A stretch of DNA of 64,000 bases from a virus. Below, piece after piece: positions 25,317-35,310 of the stretch; positions within the stretch are counted from its first letter, which is position 1, and every line of letters starts with the position of its first letter. The notes below the pieces were generated by a model that was not told where the DNA came from, ran no database searches, and worked only from the letters and a program-made list of their open reading frames with translations. The translations under genes were made by a program, and so were the position numbers. The stretch is taken from positions 1-64,000 of IMG/VR virus record IMGVR_UViG_3300025117_000042; one strand, written 5' to 3'.

Positions 25317-26123
25317 ATGAAACTGCATAAACCAGACTTTAAACTGTTCTTTGAATTCGATTGTATAGAAAAAGCTGAGGATGGAGAGAAATCTCGTAGA
25401 ATCTGTGGTTATGCTTCTACTGAGGCTCTGGACAAGCAAGGTGAAATCCTTGTACAGAAGGGGCTGGACTTTACTGACTTCCTGAAGTCTGGTTGGTTCA
25501 ACGATAACCATGATCGTACTACTACCGGTGTCCTGGGCTATCCTACCAAAGTAGAGTATCACGAAGGCAAGGGATGGTATGTTGAAGGCTACATGGTCAA
25601 GGGATACCGGAGGGCTGATGAGATTTGGGAGCTTGCCAATGCTCTGCAAAAGTCTAATAGACGATTGGGATTCTCAGTAGAGGGTAACAACGTAAAACGT
25701 GACTCAGTGCAGACTAACAAGGTATTGAAGTGTAAAGTTACAAATGTAGCTATTACACATTGTCCTGTTAATGCTGAGTGTACGATGGAAGTACTGGCTA
25801 AAAGCTTCTGTAGTCACTGTGAATCAGAAAAATGCATTGAGTGTAACGCTGATTGTGTTAAGTCTCTTGAGGCTGGATACGAGCAGTCAACCGATATGGA
25901 AGGTGGCGCAGCACTAAGAAAACAGAGCATTGACGGTGAATGTAAATGTCAGAAGGAAGGCAGCACTTGCAAGAAATGTAATAAAAAAACTGACAAGTCC
26001 ATGTTATCGTATAAAGAAGCAATGGACGTAATAGTAAATCGAGGGTATGATAAGAATCATGCCGAGAAGATATTATCACGTCTGGATGAACTAGGTTACT
26101 TTGAGACAAAAGTAGAAGAATAA
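25317..26123 (+). CDS. prohead (maturation) protease, HK97/assemblin-like fold
   Basis: GYASTEALDKQGE, NDNH, LGFSVEG, VAITHCPVN; position between portal and scaffold. Confidence 0.92.
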   Translation: MKLHKPDFKLFFEFDCIEKAEDGEKSRRICGYASTEALDKQGEILVQKGLDFTDFLKSGWFNDNHDRTTTGVLGYPTKVEYHEGKGWYVEGYMVKGYRRADEIWELANALQKSNRRLGFSVEGNNVKRDSVQTNKVLKCKVTNVAITHCPVNAECTMEVLAKSFCSHCESEKCIECNADCVKSLEAGYEQSTDMEGGAALRKQSIDGECKCQKEGSTCKKCNKKTDKSMLSYKEAMDVIVNRGYDKNHAEKILSRLDELGYFETKVEE

Positions 26124-26147
26124 AAACCCATAGGGAGGACTTACACA

Positions 26148-26771
26148 ATGGCTGGTGAAGAAAAAGTTATCGCTCAGGATAAACTGGAAAAAGCTCTTGA
26201 AGGTCTGGATGAGCTTTTGAAAAGTGAAAAACCTGTCGATGACAAAGAAGAAAAAAAGGGCGAAGTAGAAGAAACAGAGGAAAAATCCTTTGCCAAAGTT
26301 GCTGAGGAAAATGAAACTCTGAATAAAAGCATGGATGTTGCTCCTTTCCTTGCCGAGCTGGTGAATGTAATTGGTGAGCACATGGACAACTCCGCAGCTT
26401 CCCTCAGTAAGTCAATGGTAGAGCAGAGAGAAAGTCAGGCTAAGTTCAACGAGAATCTGGTAAAGTCTCTGAAAGAACTTGGTGATGCACTTCTTTCTAT
26501 TACAAAACGTCAGGATGAACTTGAAAAAGAGCCTGTCGGTGTTAAGAAATCAATCACAGCCAAACCGGTTGAACGTCAATTCGCAAAATCTGGTGAGGAA
26601 GAAGGACAGGAACAGAGACTCACGAAGTCAATGGTTGCCAGTAAGATCACTGACCTGATTATCAAAGGCGAAATTGTTGGCGGTACTCCTGTTACTCAGG
26701 CCGAGCTTACCAAGTTTGAAGCAACCGGCCAGATGCGCCCTGAACTGAGAGAACTTTTCGTAAAAAAATAA
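26148..26771 (+). CDS. scaffolding protein
   Basis: acidic coiled-coil between protease and MCP; eight [LVF]xK[SA] sites. Confidence 0.8.
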   Translation: MAGEEKVIAQDKLEKALEGLDELLKSEKPVDDKEEKKGEVEETEEKSFAKVAEENETLNKSMDVAPFLAELVNVIGEHMDNSAASLSKSMVEQRESQAKFNENLVKSLKELGDALLSITKRQDELEKEPVGVKKSITAKPVERQFAKSGEEEGQEQRLTKSMVASKITDLIIKGEIVGGTPVTQAELTKFEATGQMRPELRELFVKK

Positions 26772-26809
26772 TAAACAAACAGCAAATTACAAAGGAGGCA
26801 CAGTAAACC

Positions 26810-28228
26810 ATGTTTGAGAATGACGTTGAAGGATTTGGGATTGGTACTTCGCAGGATGTAGCAGAGCTTAACAAAGCTTTGACTGCTGGTTACGAAGAAA
26901 CCACAAGCATGACCGGTGGTGCGGCTCTGCGTGTTCAATCCCTGGAAAACACCCTTAAGCTTCTTACTTTCCGTGAAGACCACATGGTCATGTGGAAAGA
27001 CATTTCGAAACTCCCGGCTTACAGTACTGTTGAAGAATACAGTCAGCAGACTTCTGTAGGTAGCGACAATCCTGGGTTCACAGGCGAAGGTGTTGCGCCG
27101 GAAGAAGATGATTCTGGATATGCCCGTAAAGCATCCCTGGTTAAATTCCTTGGGACTACCCGCAAAATTACGCATCCGATGCAGTTGGTACGTACAATCA
27201 ATGGTGATGCAGTTGCACGTGAATCGACCAACGGTATCCTCAAAGTAATGCGTGATGCCGAATTCGGTCTGCTTTGGGGTAACAGTGATCTTGTATACAC
27301 TGCTGCTGGTACTACTCCTGAAGGTCTTGAGTGGGATGGCTTGAATGTACTGATCGACGCAACTAACGACCTTGACCTTTCCAATAGGAACTTGGAAGAG
27401 GGCGACTTTACAACTATGGGTGAAACCATTGCTAATAGCTTTGGCTACATCAATCGTTGTTACGTCCCTAATAGTGTAGCATCCACTCTGGATGTTTCCT
27501 TGCTACCTAAAGAGCGTATCGCCCTTCCTGGTGCAAACGGAATGGAAGTCGGCACCAACGTAGGATCTGTAAAAACTTCCTTCGGTAAAATTGCTGTTCG
27601 TCCTTCGTTGTTCATGGGGGCTGCTCTTACTGCTGGTCGTTCCCCGAAGAAAACCCCTCCGGCTGCTGCTACTTCCACCAAAGCTCCTGCTGCTCCAGCT
27701 TCCATAGCTGCTAGCTCTCTGACAGGTACTGATGGTAGATTCCGCGCAGCTCAGGTTGGTGTATGCACTTTTAAAGCCACCGCCTGTAACAGATACGGAG
27801 AGTCTGCTCCTACAGCTGCCACTAGCAACGTAACTGTTGGGGCTGGTGATGTTGCCAAACATATTCCTTTGGCAATTACAAACAGCGCATCGTCTGAGAC
27901 AGTTATTCCTGACTATTTCAACATCTACTGTTCTCCGGTAGGCACCGCAGCTTGGTATCTCGTTGCTTCCGTACCTTGTACTGATAAGACCAATAGTGGT
28001 ACAGGCGCATCTTATAACTATACTGGTTATATCATGCCAAACACTGCTATCTGTTTTGCTGGTCAGTTTGACAGTGAAATTCTGGTATTCAAACAGTTGG
28101 CTCCGATCATGAAAATGGACTTGGCAGTAATTGAGCCTTCCTATCGTTTCATGATTCTGCTGTACGGTGTTCCTCAGCTGTTTGCGCCTAAAAAACTTAT
28201 GCGTGTTATCAACGTCAAAGATTATTAA
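26810..28228 (+). CDS. major capsid protein (Herelleviridae-like, with Ig-like insertion)
   Basis: KALTAGY...GGAALRVQSLE, AYSTVEEY, VKFLG, EWDGL, LAPIMKMDLA...FMILLYG. Confidence 0.95.
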   Translation: MFENDVEGFGIGTSQDVAELNKALTAGYEETTSMTGGAALRVQSLENTLKLLTFREDHMVMWKDISKLPAYSTVEEYSQQTSVGSDNPGFTGEGVAPEEDDSGYARKASLVKFLGTTRKITHPMQLVRTINGDAVARESTNGILKVMRDAEFGLLWGNSDLVYTAAGTTPEGLEWDGLNVLIDATNDLDLSNRNLEEGDFTTMGETIANSFGYINRCYVPNSVASTLDVSLLPKERIALPGANGMEVGTNVGSVKTSFGKIAVRPSLFMGAALTAGRSPKKTPPAAATSTKAPAAPASIAASSLTGTDGRFRAAQVGVCTFKATACNRYGESAPTAATSNVTVGAGDVAKHIPLAITNSASSETVIPDYFNIYCSPVGTAAWYLVASVPCTDKTNSGTGASYNYTGYIMPNTAICFAGQFDSEILVFKQLAPIMKMDLAVIEPSYRFMILLYGVPQLFAPKKLMRVINVKDY

Positions 28229-28245
28229 TCGGAGGTTCACTGACA

Positions 28246-28527
28246 ATGACACGTATATTTCATGACAGATCTAAAGGACAAACAGCAATAATTGGCTCTT
28301 ATGTTGTGGAGTTTGATGAAGAAGGTTTCGGTGTACTTGAGGATGACGAGTATGCCGAAACCCTCTGTAAAGACATACCAGAATATAAGCTAGCTCCAGA
28401 GCTTCCTCCTGTAGCTAGTACAAAGGTTTCATCGGAACCGGATAGTAAGCCAATAGATTCTGAACCAGATAAAAAACCAGAGGAGCCTGACAAGGAAAAC
28501 GCTCCTAAGAGAAAATCAAGAGGATAA
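28246..28527 (+). CDS. hypothetical protein downstream of MCP
   Basis: GGAGG RBS; VEFDEEG plus P/E/K-rich tail. Confidence 0.65.
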   Translation: MTRIFHDRSKGQTAIIGSYVVEFDEEGFGVLEDDEYAETLCKDIPEYKLAPELPPVASTKVSSEPDSKPIDSEPDKKPEEPDKENAPKRKSRG

Positions 28528-28532
28528 ACCAC

Positions 28533-28573
28533 TTAGGAGCCTTATGAATAACTTTTGTAAGGCTCCTAATTTT
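28533..28573 (+). terminator. intrinsic terminator after the capsid genes
   Basis: TTAGGAGCCTTA-N13-TAAGGCTCCTAA-TTTT. Confidence 0.8.
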
Positions 28574-28604
28574 ACAAGCTTAGTACGGAGGTATAATACA
28601 AGAC

Positions 28605-29132
28605 ATGGCAATTAGAGTAAAAAATACCCTTGAGAAGGGGGGAATACTGGATGCACTTCTCAGCGCATTCAATACACTGGTTACAAACTGTAACGCTAGT
28701 ATCGGTTCTGTTACAGGGGTTAATCTGCTGGTAGCAGATCATAATAAAGCAGCTGTTGATCTTGCTACTGTAAAAACAGATCATGATAAAGCTGCTGCTA
28801 ATATTATATCGTTGAGAGCTACGCTAGCGGCAGTGCAAGCAGACGTAGCTGCTTTACGTACAACTTTAGCGGCTACTCAAGCTGACGTTGCAGCGGCTAA
28901 AACAGCGCACGATACTTTAGCAACCAAACTGAATGCAGACGAGGGTGTTACAGACACTAACTATGCAGCTATGGCTGCTCTTACCAGTTCAGCTCCTGCT
29001 GCTCTTACCAGTTCAGCTCCCGCTGCTACTACAGTAGTAGGTACTATTACCATTACTGCTGAAGGCTCAGTCGCTGATGTTGAGGCCGGAGGTATTACAG
29101 CTTCCGAAACACTCACGGTAGTAGATCACTAA
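28605..29132 (+). CDS. Ala-rich coiled-coil virion protein (head fibre/decoration-like)
   Basis: TLAAVQADVAA/TLAATQADVAA, KLNADEGVTDTNYAA, tandem AALTSSAP x2. Confidence 0.65.
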   Translation: MAIRVKNTLEKGGILDALLSAFNTLVTNCNASIGSVTGVNLLVADHNKAAVDLATVKTDHDKAAANIISLRATLAAVQADVAALRTTLAATQADVAAAKTAHDTLATKLNADEGVTDTNYAAMAALTSSAPAALTSSAPAATTVVGTITITAEGSVADVEAGGITASETLTVVDH

Positions 29133-29167
29133 ACACCAACTAAAATAGGATGTTAGGTAGGGACACT

Positions 29168-29203
29168 AAAAGCAAGGGGTGTAAGACATGTCCCTTGCTT
29201 TTT
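29168..29203. terminator. intrinsic terminator
   Basis: AAAAGCAAGGG...CCCTTGCTTTTT. Confidence 0.75.
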
Positions 29204-29262
29204 CTTTGCTTAAACCACACGTAATTTATAGAAGATAACGCTGGAAACAGGAGAATATCACA

Positions 29263-29595
29263 ATGGAACATAAGCTGGTACGGGCAGTCATGGTAAAGGA
29301 TCGGACAGGGTATTTCTCTACACAGCTTTTCAGGGAAAGAAGGTATCAACAGGTGACAATGGCAGCTGCTACCCATATTGAGTTTGCAGCCTGTCAGAAT
29401 GAAGTTGTAGATCTTTACGTTGCAGCAGCAGCTTATTACAGAATAACAACTGCTGGTACAGCAGCTACAGTCGATGGTGCTGTTTGTGGCTATCTTCCTG
29501 CCGGGACTACACGTAGGCTTGTAGTCAACGTGGGCGACATAGTTTCTGTCATCAGTGCTGCTGGTGGACAAGCTAATCTTACTGAAATGGGGTAA
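29263..29595 (+). CDS. small beta-rich virion protein
   Basis: AGGAG RBS; TAATVDG...YLPAG...VSVISAAGG. Confidence 0.6.
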   Translation: MEHKLVRAVMVKDRTGYFSTQLFRERRYQQVTMAAATHIEFAACQNEVVDLYVAAAAYYRITTAGTAATVDGAVCGYLPAGTTRRLVVNVGDIVSVISAAGGQANLTEMG

Positions 29596-29704
29596 AAAAT
29601 GGCTGATATAGTAATACAACCTGATGACAGTTACATCGAAAATTTCGTGGAGCTATTAGAACAACGGGCATTCGAACGTAAAATAGAGCAGGAGGAAGAA
29701 AACA

Positions 29705-30073
29705 ATGGCTAAATGGTGTGCAAGTTCTGTAATAGATGGAGCACTGAACGTGCTGGCTACAGCAACCGGTGAAGTTGTATGCAGTGCTCAACCTGCTAAT
29801 AGAACAGAAGCTGTTACTACCTACGGGCTTACTGCTGTAGCTACTCTGGCTGGTGGTGACTTTACTTTAGCAGCTGGTGATACTTCGGGAAGGAAGGTTA
29901 CTATAGCTCAGAAAACAGGAGTGTCTGTTACAGCAAACGGTACAGCTACACATGTGGCTCTGGTCGATGCTACTAACCTGCTGTACGTTACTACCTGTAC
30001 CTCTCAGGCTCTGACTTCTGGCAATACTGCAACTATCAACAGCTGGAAAGTCGAAATCAATGCCCCAACGTAA
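29705..30073 (+). CDS. small beta-sandwich virion/fibre subunit
   Basis: A/T/G-rich; GDTSGRKVT, GTATHVAL, SQALTSGNTAT. Confidence 0.7.
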   Translation: MAKWCASSVIDGALNVLATATGEVVCSAQPANRTEAVTTYGLTAVATLAGGDFTLAAGDTSGRKVTIAQKTGVSVTANGTATHVALVDATNLLYVTTCTSQALTSGNTATINSWKVEINAPT

Positions 30074-30108
30074 TCTGTGTATTATAACAATTTATTACCA
30101 AGGGGAGA

Positions 30109-31932
30109 TTGCTGATGAGTAACTTTAAAGATTACGTGTTAACCAGGGGAAGTGCGACACTACCTGTAAATAGGTCAGATGATTTACTGCCGCTTGTACA
30201 AGGTAGTGTCACCAAAAAAGTTCTATTAAAAGATATTGTATTTGACTATGTGCAGGTTACTAACTTAGCTGTGCAAGCCGAGGACGTAACACTGAATGGT
30301 AAGCTTCTGGTGGTATCTGATGTACAGGAACTGGATGCAGCTTACATAGACGATAAAATCATTTGGGTAACTCCTACTGGTAGGATAAATGTAACAACCG
30401 GGAACACTTGTGAGTTTGCCCCAACAACTACTCTAGTAGCAGGAAAGTACCAGATCTTTGCAGGAGCAGGTACTGTTATAGGTCTTCGAGCTGTAGAACC
30501 TATCTGGTGGGGTGCTAAAGGTGATGACAGTACCGACGATAGCGATCCTATCAATGCAGCTATAGCCTGTATAACCACAAATGGTGGTGTCCTTGACTTC
30601 GAAGCTAAGATATACAGATGTAATATAACGGTTACTTCAGCATTCCTGGCAAAGACTATTATCAATCTTAATGGAGCTACATTACGCCCATATGCTGATG
30701 CAGACCTACTCACTGTTGATTCTGCCGGTACACTGAACCATGTAATGTATTTTGAATTTGGTGGTGGTTATATGAAAAACGTAGATGGTTTTACATCTGC
30801 GTCTGCTATTAGAATAAAAGGTACTGATGATAACACCTTCAATGATTGGCACACTTATCATGATCTTAAGATAAGTGAATTTAAACATGGCATTCATGCT
30901 ACTGAAAGGCTTAACTGGTTGACCTTCGAAGAGATAGACGTAATGTACTCATCTGACACCGGTATTTATGTTGAGAGTGCATATACTATGTCTATTAATT
31001 ACTTCAAAAAAGTAAGAGTAGGTCAGTCTCAAAAACATGGTATACATGTAAAAAACACATCAGCTGCTGACAGCAATTTAGTATGGACATTTGATACATG
31101 CAATTTCGAAGGAAACGGACTGACTGTAGCCACTCCTGAGATATCTGGTATGCTGTTTGAAGATTGCGGCATTGCTAATATAGTAAGTTGTTACATAGAG
31201 AATAACGGTGTAGGAGCTACTGATGGTAAAGGGTGTGGTATCAGGATAAAAGGATCTTATGGTTATGAGTTTAATATAAAATCCAATGTAATTTGGGGTA
31301 ACACTTATAATATCGAAAATACAACAGTATTTGCTTCTGGTTGTATAAAAGGTAATAGATTAAATGGTGAATGCCATATTGCTGTAGGTGGCTCCAGTGA
31401 CGGTATTGAGATAGGTGAAAACTTCGGTGGCACCTGGAATATTGAACCGGATGCAAATGGTTATTACCATGTAATATATACCTCTCCAGCTGGTTGGGTT
31501 CCCGCTTGCCCTGCAAGTGGTAGTACACTTTGGCCTAAACACCAGAATGTTATTTCGCATGCATCTAATACGGATGATACTTTATCGACAGCAGCTGATG
31601 GTGTGCTGGGTCAGTTATTGTTAATAGAGAAAACCGGAGGTACTGGTACTCTTACAATCAGTCATGGCACAGGCACTAACAACTTCTGTCTTAAGAACGG
31701 GATCAATACACTCATTCCTAAAGGGGATGGAATTTTATTTCGTAAAGGCTCAACTTACTGGATAGAAGTAATGCGAAGTAAAACTCCTGTAGTTCTTACA
31801 GCAAATCTTCCAGCAGCTAGTGCTGATATGGATGGTGCTGTTGTAATAGAAGATGCAGGAGCTGGTGACAGGAATATTATTCTGTACGCGGGAGGTCAAC
31901 GTTTCCGTATAGATGGTGGAACTAACTTCTAA
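30109..31932 (+). CDS. tailspike-like right-handed beta-helix protein
   Basis: WWGAKGDDSTDDSDPINAAI entry motif, then parallel beta-helix repeats (NFEGN, YIENN). Confidence 0.8.
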   Translation: MLMSNFKDYVLTRGSATLPVNRSDDLLPLVQGSVTKKVLLKDIVFDYVQVTNLAVQAEDVTLNGKLLVVSDVQELDAAYIDDKIIWVTPTGRINVTTGNTCEFAPTTTLVAGKYQIFAGAGTVIGLRAVEPIWWGAKGDDSTDDSDPINAAIACITTNGGVLDFEAKIYRCNITVTSAFLAKTIINLNGATLRPYADADLLTVDSAGTLNHVMYFEFGGGYMKNVDGFTSASAIRIKGTDDNTFNDWHTYHDLKISEFKHGIHATERLNWLTFEEIDVMYSSDTGIYVESAYTMSINYFKKVRVGQSQKHGIHVKNTSAADSNLVWTFDTCNFEGNGLTVATPEISGMLFEDCGIANIVSCYIENNGVGATDGKGCGIRIKGSYGYEFNIKSNVIWGNTYNIENTTVFASGCIKGNRLNGECHIAVGGSSDGIEIGENFGGTWNIEPDANGYYHVIYTSPAGWVPACPASGSTLWPKHQNVISHASNTDDTLSTAADGVLGQLLLIEKTGGTGTLTISHGTGTNNFCLKNGINTLIPKGDGILFRKGSTYWIEVMRSKTPVVLTANLPAASADMDGAVVIEDAGAGDRNIILYAGGQRFRIDGGTNF

Positions 31933-31952
31933 CATATAATCGGGGTAAGATA

Positions 31953-34900
31953 ATGGCTCTTCCCGCTTCCGATAGTTTTAATAGATCAAACGAAAACCCT
32001 ATAAGTGGTAACTGGTCAACAGCTGCTGGTTTCAATGCTATGCAGCTGTTGAACAATGTAATAACGGGCACAATAGGGGGAGATGATAACGGGGCTTACT
32101 GGAACGCTGATAGTTTTTCGAGTGATCATTATAGTCAAGCTACTTTAGCATCACTTGGATCTTATAATATGTTACTTTGTAGGGTACAAAGTGGCACATT
32201 AAAGAATTGTTATGCTTTATGGGTTAATTCCACTCAGTTTCGTTTTTGTAGATGGGTTGCCGGATCGTTTCAGCAATTAGGGACAGCTGCTACACCTAGA
32301 ACCACCACCGCAGGTACTGTTGTAAAGTTTGAAGTAGTTGGATCTACACTGAAGGCTTACTTTAACGGAGTACTCCATGAGACAACTATCACTGACTCTA
32401 CTTTTACTGGTGGCGCTCCTGGTGTTTATGCAGGTAACACTGTTAATACCTGGGATGATTGGTCTGGTAATAACGTAACTGCTGTGCATACCGTTGTTAC
32501 GCAAGGTGCAGCTCAAGCTCAGACGGCTGGTAATACTACACTCAATCAGAATCATGTTCTTATAATACACAACACTGCGCATGCACATTCAGCAACGTCA
32601 AGCGTTCCACTGTTTCAGAAACCAAGTAACTTGGTACTTGTTCCAAGTATCTCCTCGCCTAGTTCTGTAGGAACTACTATTAGAATAAATGCCACTGCTT
32701 CTGGTGGAACATCACCTTATGAGTATCGGTTTTCACTTCAGAAAGATGGTGGAGCTTATTCTGTTGTCAGAACCTATAGCACTACAGATTATTGGGATTG
32801 GACTCCTACAGAGGACGGAACATATAATATCAAGGTGGACACAAGATCGGTAGGCTCACCTGAAGATAGTGATATTTATAATACAATAGAAGGTTACATT
32901 GTCTATTTGACGATTGTAGCTGCCGGGGCATCTCATGCACAGATAACAGGCACTTTGGCTTTAAATCAAAATCACATCATGGCTCCTAACGTATGTAGAC
33001 ATGCATCCTTAAGCTTGTCTCCTACGTTGAGGCAAAATCATGTAATAGTAACAGCAGCATCGACTCAGGCTCAGACAGCTCTCAATACTACACTGTCAAT
33101 AACCCTGGTAAGGATCGTTGCAGATGTACTCCAGGCGATAGAAGCAAATGCTGGCTGGAAGTTTATATTAAAAATAGTCAGAGATATTCAGGCTATTTTT
33201 CATCGGTTGGCACCTCAGAATCAGCTTACTGATGATGCTGGAGCTGCTATCACGAATGAGGATGACGATACGCCGATCACGTATGAGGAGTCTGTAGACA
33301 ACACCAATTACATTATAGGCAGGATCAAAGCCATATTGAATGCTGTGTTCGTAAGGGATTTTACAATTCAGAATGTAAAATATATTAGGACTGTTGCTGA
33401 TGTGCTGAACTTTATAGAGACTAATATAACTCAGAAAGGCATAGTACGTCTAATAGCGGAAGTTACTCAGTTAGTAGAGGTATCAAGACGTATATTAGGT
33501 TACATAAAGACTATCTCAGATACAGAGCAGTTAGTTGAAACCAATATATTCTTGAGACTGTTAAGAAAGATAGTAAACAACGCTGTTAGTCTAATAGAAA
33601 CTAGTTACAAGCTGATATGTCGGATCAGGTACAAAACAGAGCAGGTTTCTGTGGTCGAGTCCAGGCGTAGACCTATGACGATGGTACGGCTAAAAGCTGA
33701 AGTGGAATCTTTCGTTGAGAACTTCAAGAAGAAACTGGAACTACGTAGATCAGCTCCTCTGGATACAGTAAATTCAGAAGAGACTTCAGCTAGGCCGATG
33801 ACCTTGAGAAGATATAAGGCTGATGTGCTTCGGTTCGTGGAAACAAAACTCAATCCTCGTAAGCTCAATAGGCATAAGCTGGAACTTACAACTCTGTGGG
33901 AGACTTACCCACATAGATTGTCTATTAAAAGAACTATAGATAACGCAGTAAGTCTGGTTGAGTCAATTCGTAACGGGATGAGAATGACCAGAAGTAAAGC
34001 AGACCAGGAAAGTATCTCTGAAGCAAGGCAGAGAAACATTAGAATTTCACGATTAATAGAGGATAGCTTGTCCTTTGTTGAGACTACGTTACGGTTCAGA
34101 ACATTTCTACGTAGTATCAGTGATGTAGTGAATGCTATCGAAACCAAAGCAAAGCGCACCTCGCTAAAACGTGTAATAGACAACACTGTAACAACTTTCG
34201 AAAACCTGCTAAGTAAGATCACTATCCTACAGATCATAGATGACGTTTTGCAATCTGTAGAAGCCAGATCCATACGGAAGGTTCTTATAAAGGTACGATC
34301 TAATATAGTAAGTCTTGTTGAAACCAGCTACTACAATCACACTATCTTGCGGATAATCCATTCGTGGATGAATCATATTGAATCGGTGCAAAGTAAGCGG
34401 TTCCTAAACAGAATAACTTCTGAAGTTGTCAGAAGTGTTGAGCTTTCTTATTACAAGCATACAATACTTCAGATAATAAACAACATTACACAGTCGGTAG
34501 AGGTTATAGCGATCAGGAATAGCTTGAATAGGATAGTGGATCAGGCTATGCAGCTGGCCGAAACAAGGCTAACCTTCAGGAGTTTACGGAGGATCATAAA
34601 CAATACTATACGATCCATAGATCTAACATACAAACAGCAGGAATTCAAACGAGTGGTATCCGATATTGTGACTCACCTGGATATCATAGGTCATCTGAAA
34701 ACTATTAGACTCTCAGTAAGTGACACGTTTAGTATTATAGAAGTTATCAGGATAAGGTTGTTGCTGAAGCGTATAGTAGACGATAACCTGAGTCTTGCTG
34801 AGTCTATCATCAAGAACTGGCTATTCACTATCAACAGCAACATAAGTCTAATAGAAAACAGGATCAAGAAGGTAGAACTTAAACGGGCTATAGCTGAGAC

Positions 34901-35216
34901 ACTGGATATATCAGAGCTTAAGTCAACAGCATGGCACTACATAAGGCTGATTGCTGAATCTTATCGTCTAATAGATAGAAGCATACAGTCAGCAGTATAC
35001 AGGCGCATAGTCAACGATACTCAAGCTGTGAATGAAATAATACGGTATCGTAAAGCCATGTTTAGGGTTATACTAAATACAGTGAATATTAGTATCACAA
35101 GCACTACGAAATTTGTTATAACAAGAGTAGTAAGCCTCGTTAAAGCTATTCTGTGTATGAGACTTGTGAAACCTAAGTTCAGGATCAGGACGAACGATCA
35201 GCCACCTGAAAATTGA
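31953..35216 (+). CDS. long fibre protein: lectin-like head, Ig-like domain, ~22-aa repeats, ~29 copies of a 20-aa repeat
   Basis: DSFNR...WDDWSG head; ASGGTSPYEYRF...WTP..GTY.IKV Ig-like domain; R-x3-[DNE]-x5-E periodicity. Confidence 0.7.
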   Translation: MALPASDSFNRSNENPISGNWSTAAGFNAMQLLNNVITGTIGGDDNGAYWNADSFSSDHYSQATLASLGSYNMLLCRVQSGTLKNCYALWVNSTQFRFCRWVAGSFQQLGTAATPRTTTAGTVVKFEVVGSTLKAYFNGVLHETTITDSTFTGGAPGVYAGNTVNTWDDWSGNNVTAVHTVVTQGAAQAQTAGNTTLNQNHVLIIHNTAHAHSATSSVPLFQKPSNLVLVPSISSPSSVGTTIRINATASGGTSPYEYRFSLQKDGGAYSVVRTYSTTDYWDWTPTEDGTYNIKVDTRSVGSPEDSDIYNTIEGYIVYLTIVAAGASHAQITGTLALNQNHIMAPNVCRHASLSLSPTLRQNHVIVTAASTQAQTALNTTLSITLVRIVADVLQAIEANAGWKFILKIVRDIQAIFHRLAPQNQLTDDAGAAITNEDDDTPITYEESVDNTNYIIGRIKAILNAVFVRDFTIQNVKYIRTVADVLNFIETNITQKGIVRLIAEVTQLVEVSRRILGYIKTISDTEQLVETNIFLRLLRKIVNNAVSLIETSYKLICRIRYKTEQVSVVESRRRPMTMVRLKAEVESFVENFKKKLELRRSAPLDTVNSEETSARPMTLRRYKADVLRFVETKLNPRKLNRHKLELTTLWETYPHRLSIKRTIDNAVSLVESIRNGMRMTRSKADQESISEARQRNIRISRLIEDSLSFVETTLRFRTFLRSISDVVNAIETKAKRTSLKRVIDNTVTTFENLLSKITILQIIDDVLQSVEARSIRKVLIKVRSNIVSLVETSYYNHTILRIIHSWMNHIESVQSKRFLNRITSEVVRSVELSYYKHTILQIINNITQSVEVIAIRNSLNRIVDQAMQLAETRLTFRSLRRIINNTIRSIDLTYKQQEFKRVVSDIVTHLDIIGHLKTIRLSVSDTFSIIEVIRIRLLLKRIVDDNLSLAESIIKNWLFTINSNISLIENRIKKVELKRAIAETLDISELKSTAWHYIRLIAESYRLIDRSIQSAVYRRIVNDTQAVNEIIRYRKAMFRVILNTVNISITSTTKFVITRVVSLVKAILCMRLVKPKFRIRTNDQPPEN

Positions 35217-35310
35217 TATTAAAAGAAGGCTTACATGGACAAACTCAAAGCTAAAGAACGAGTGGTGGCAGTTATAACGAAAAGCAACAATCACAAGGAG
35301 GTTATTGACA

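Noticed and set aside
28974-29027. 24-nt tandem duplication (AALTSSAP x2)
   Set aside because: Real but an ordinary linker expansion in a fibre-like protein
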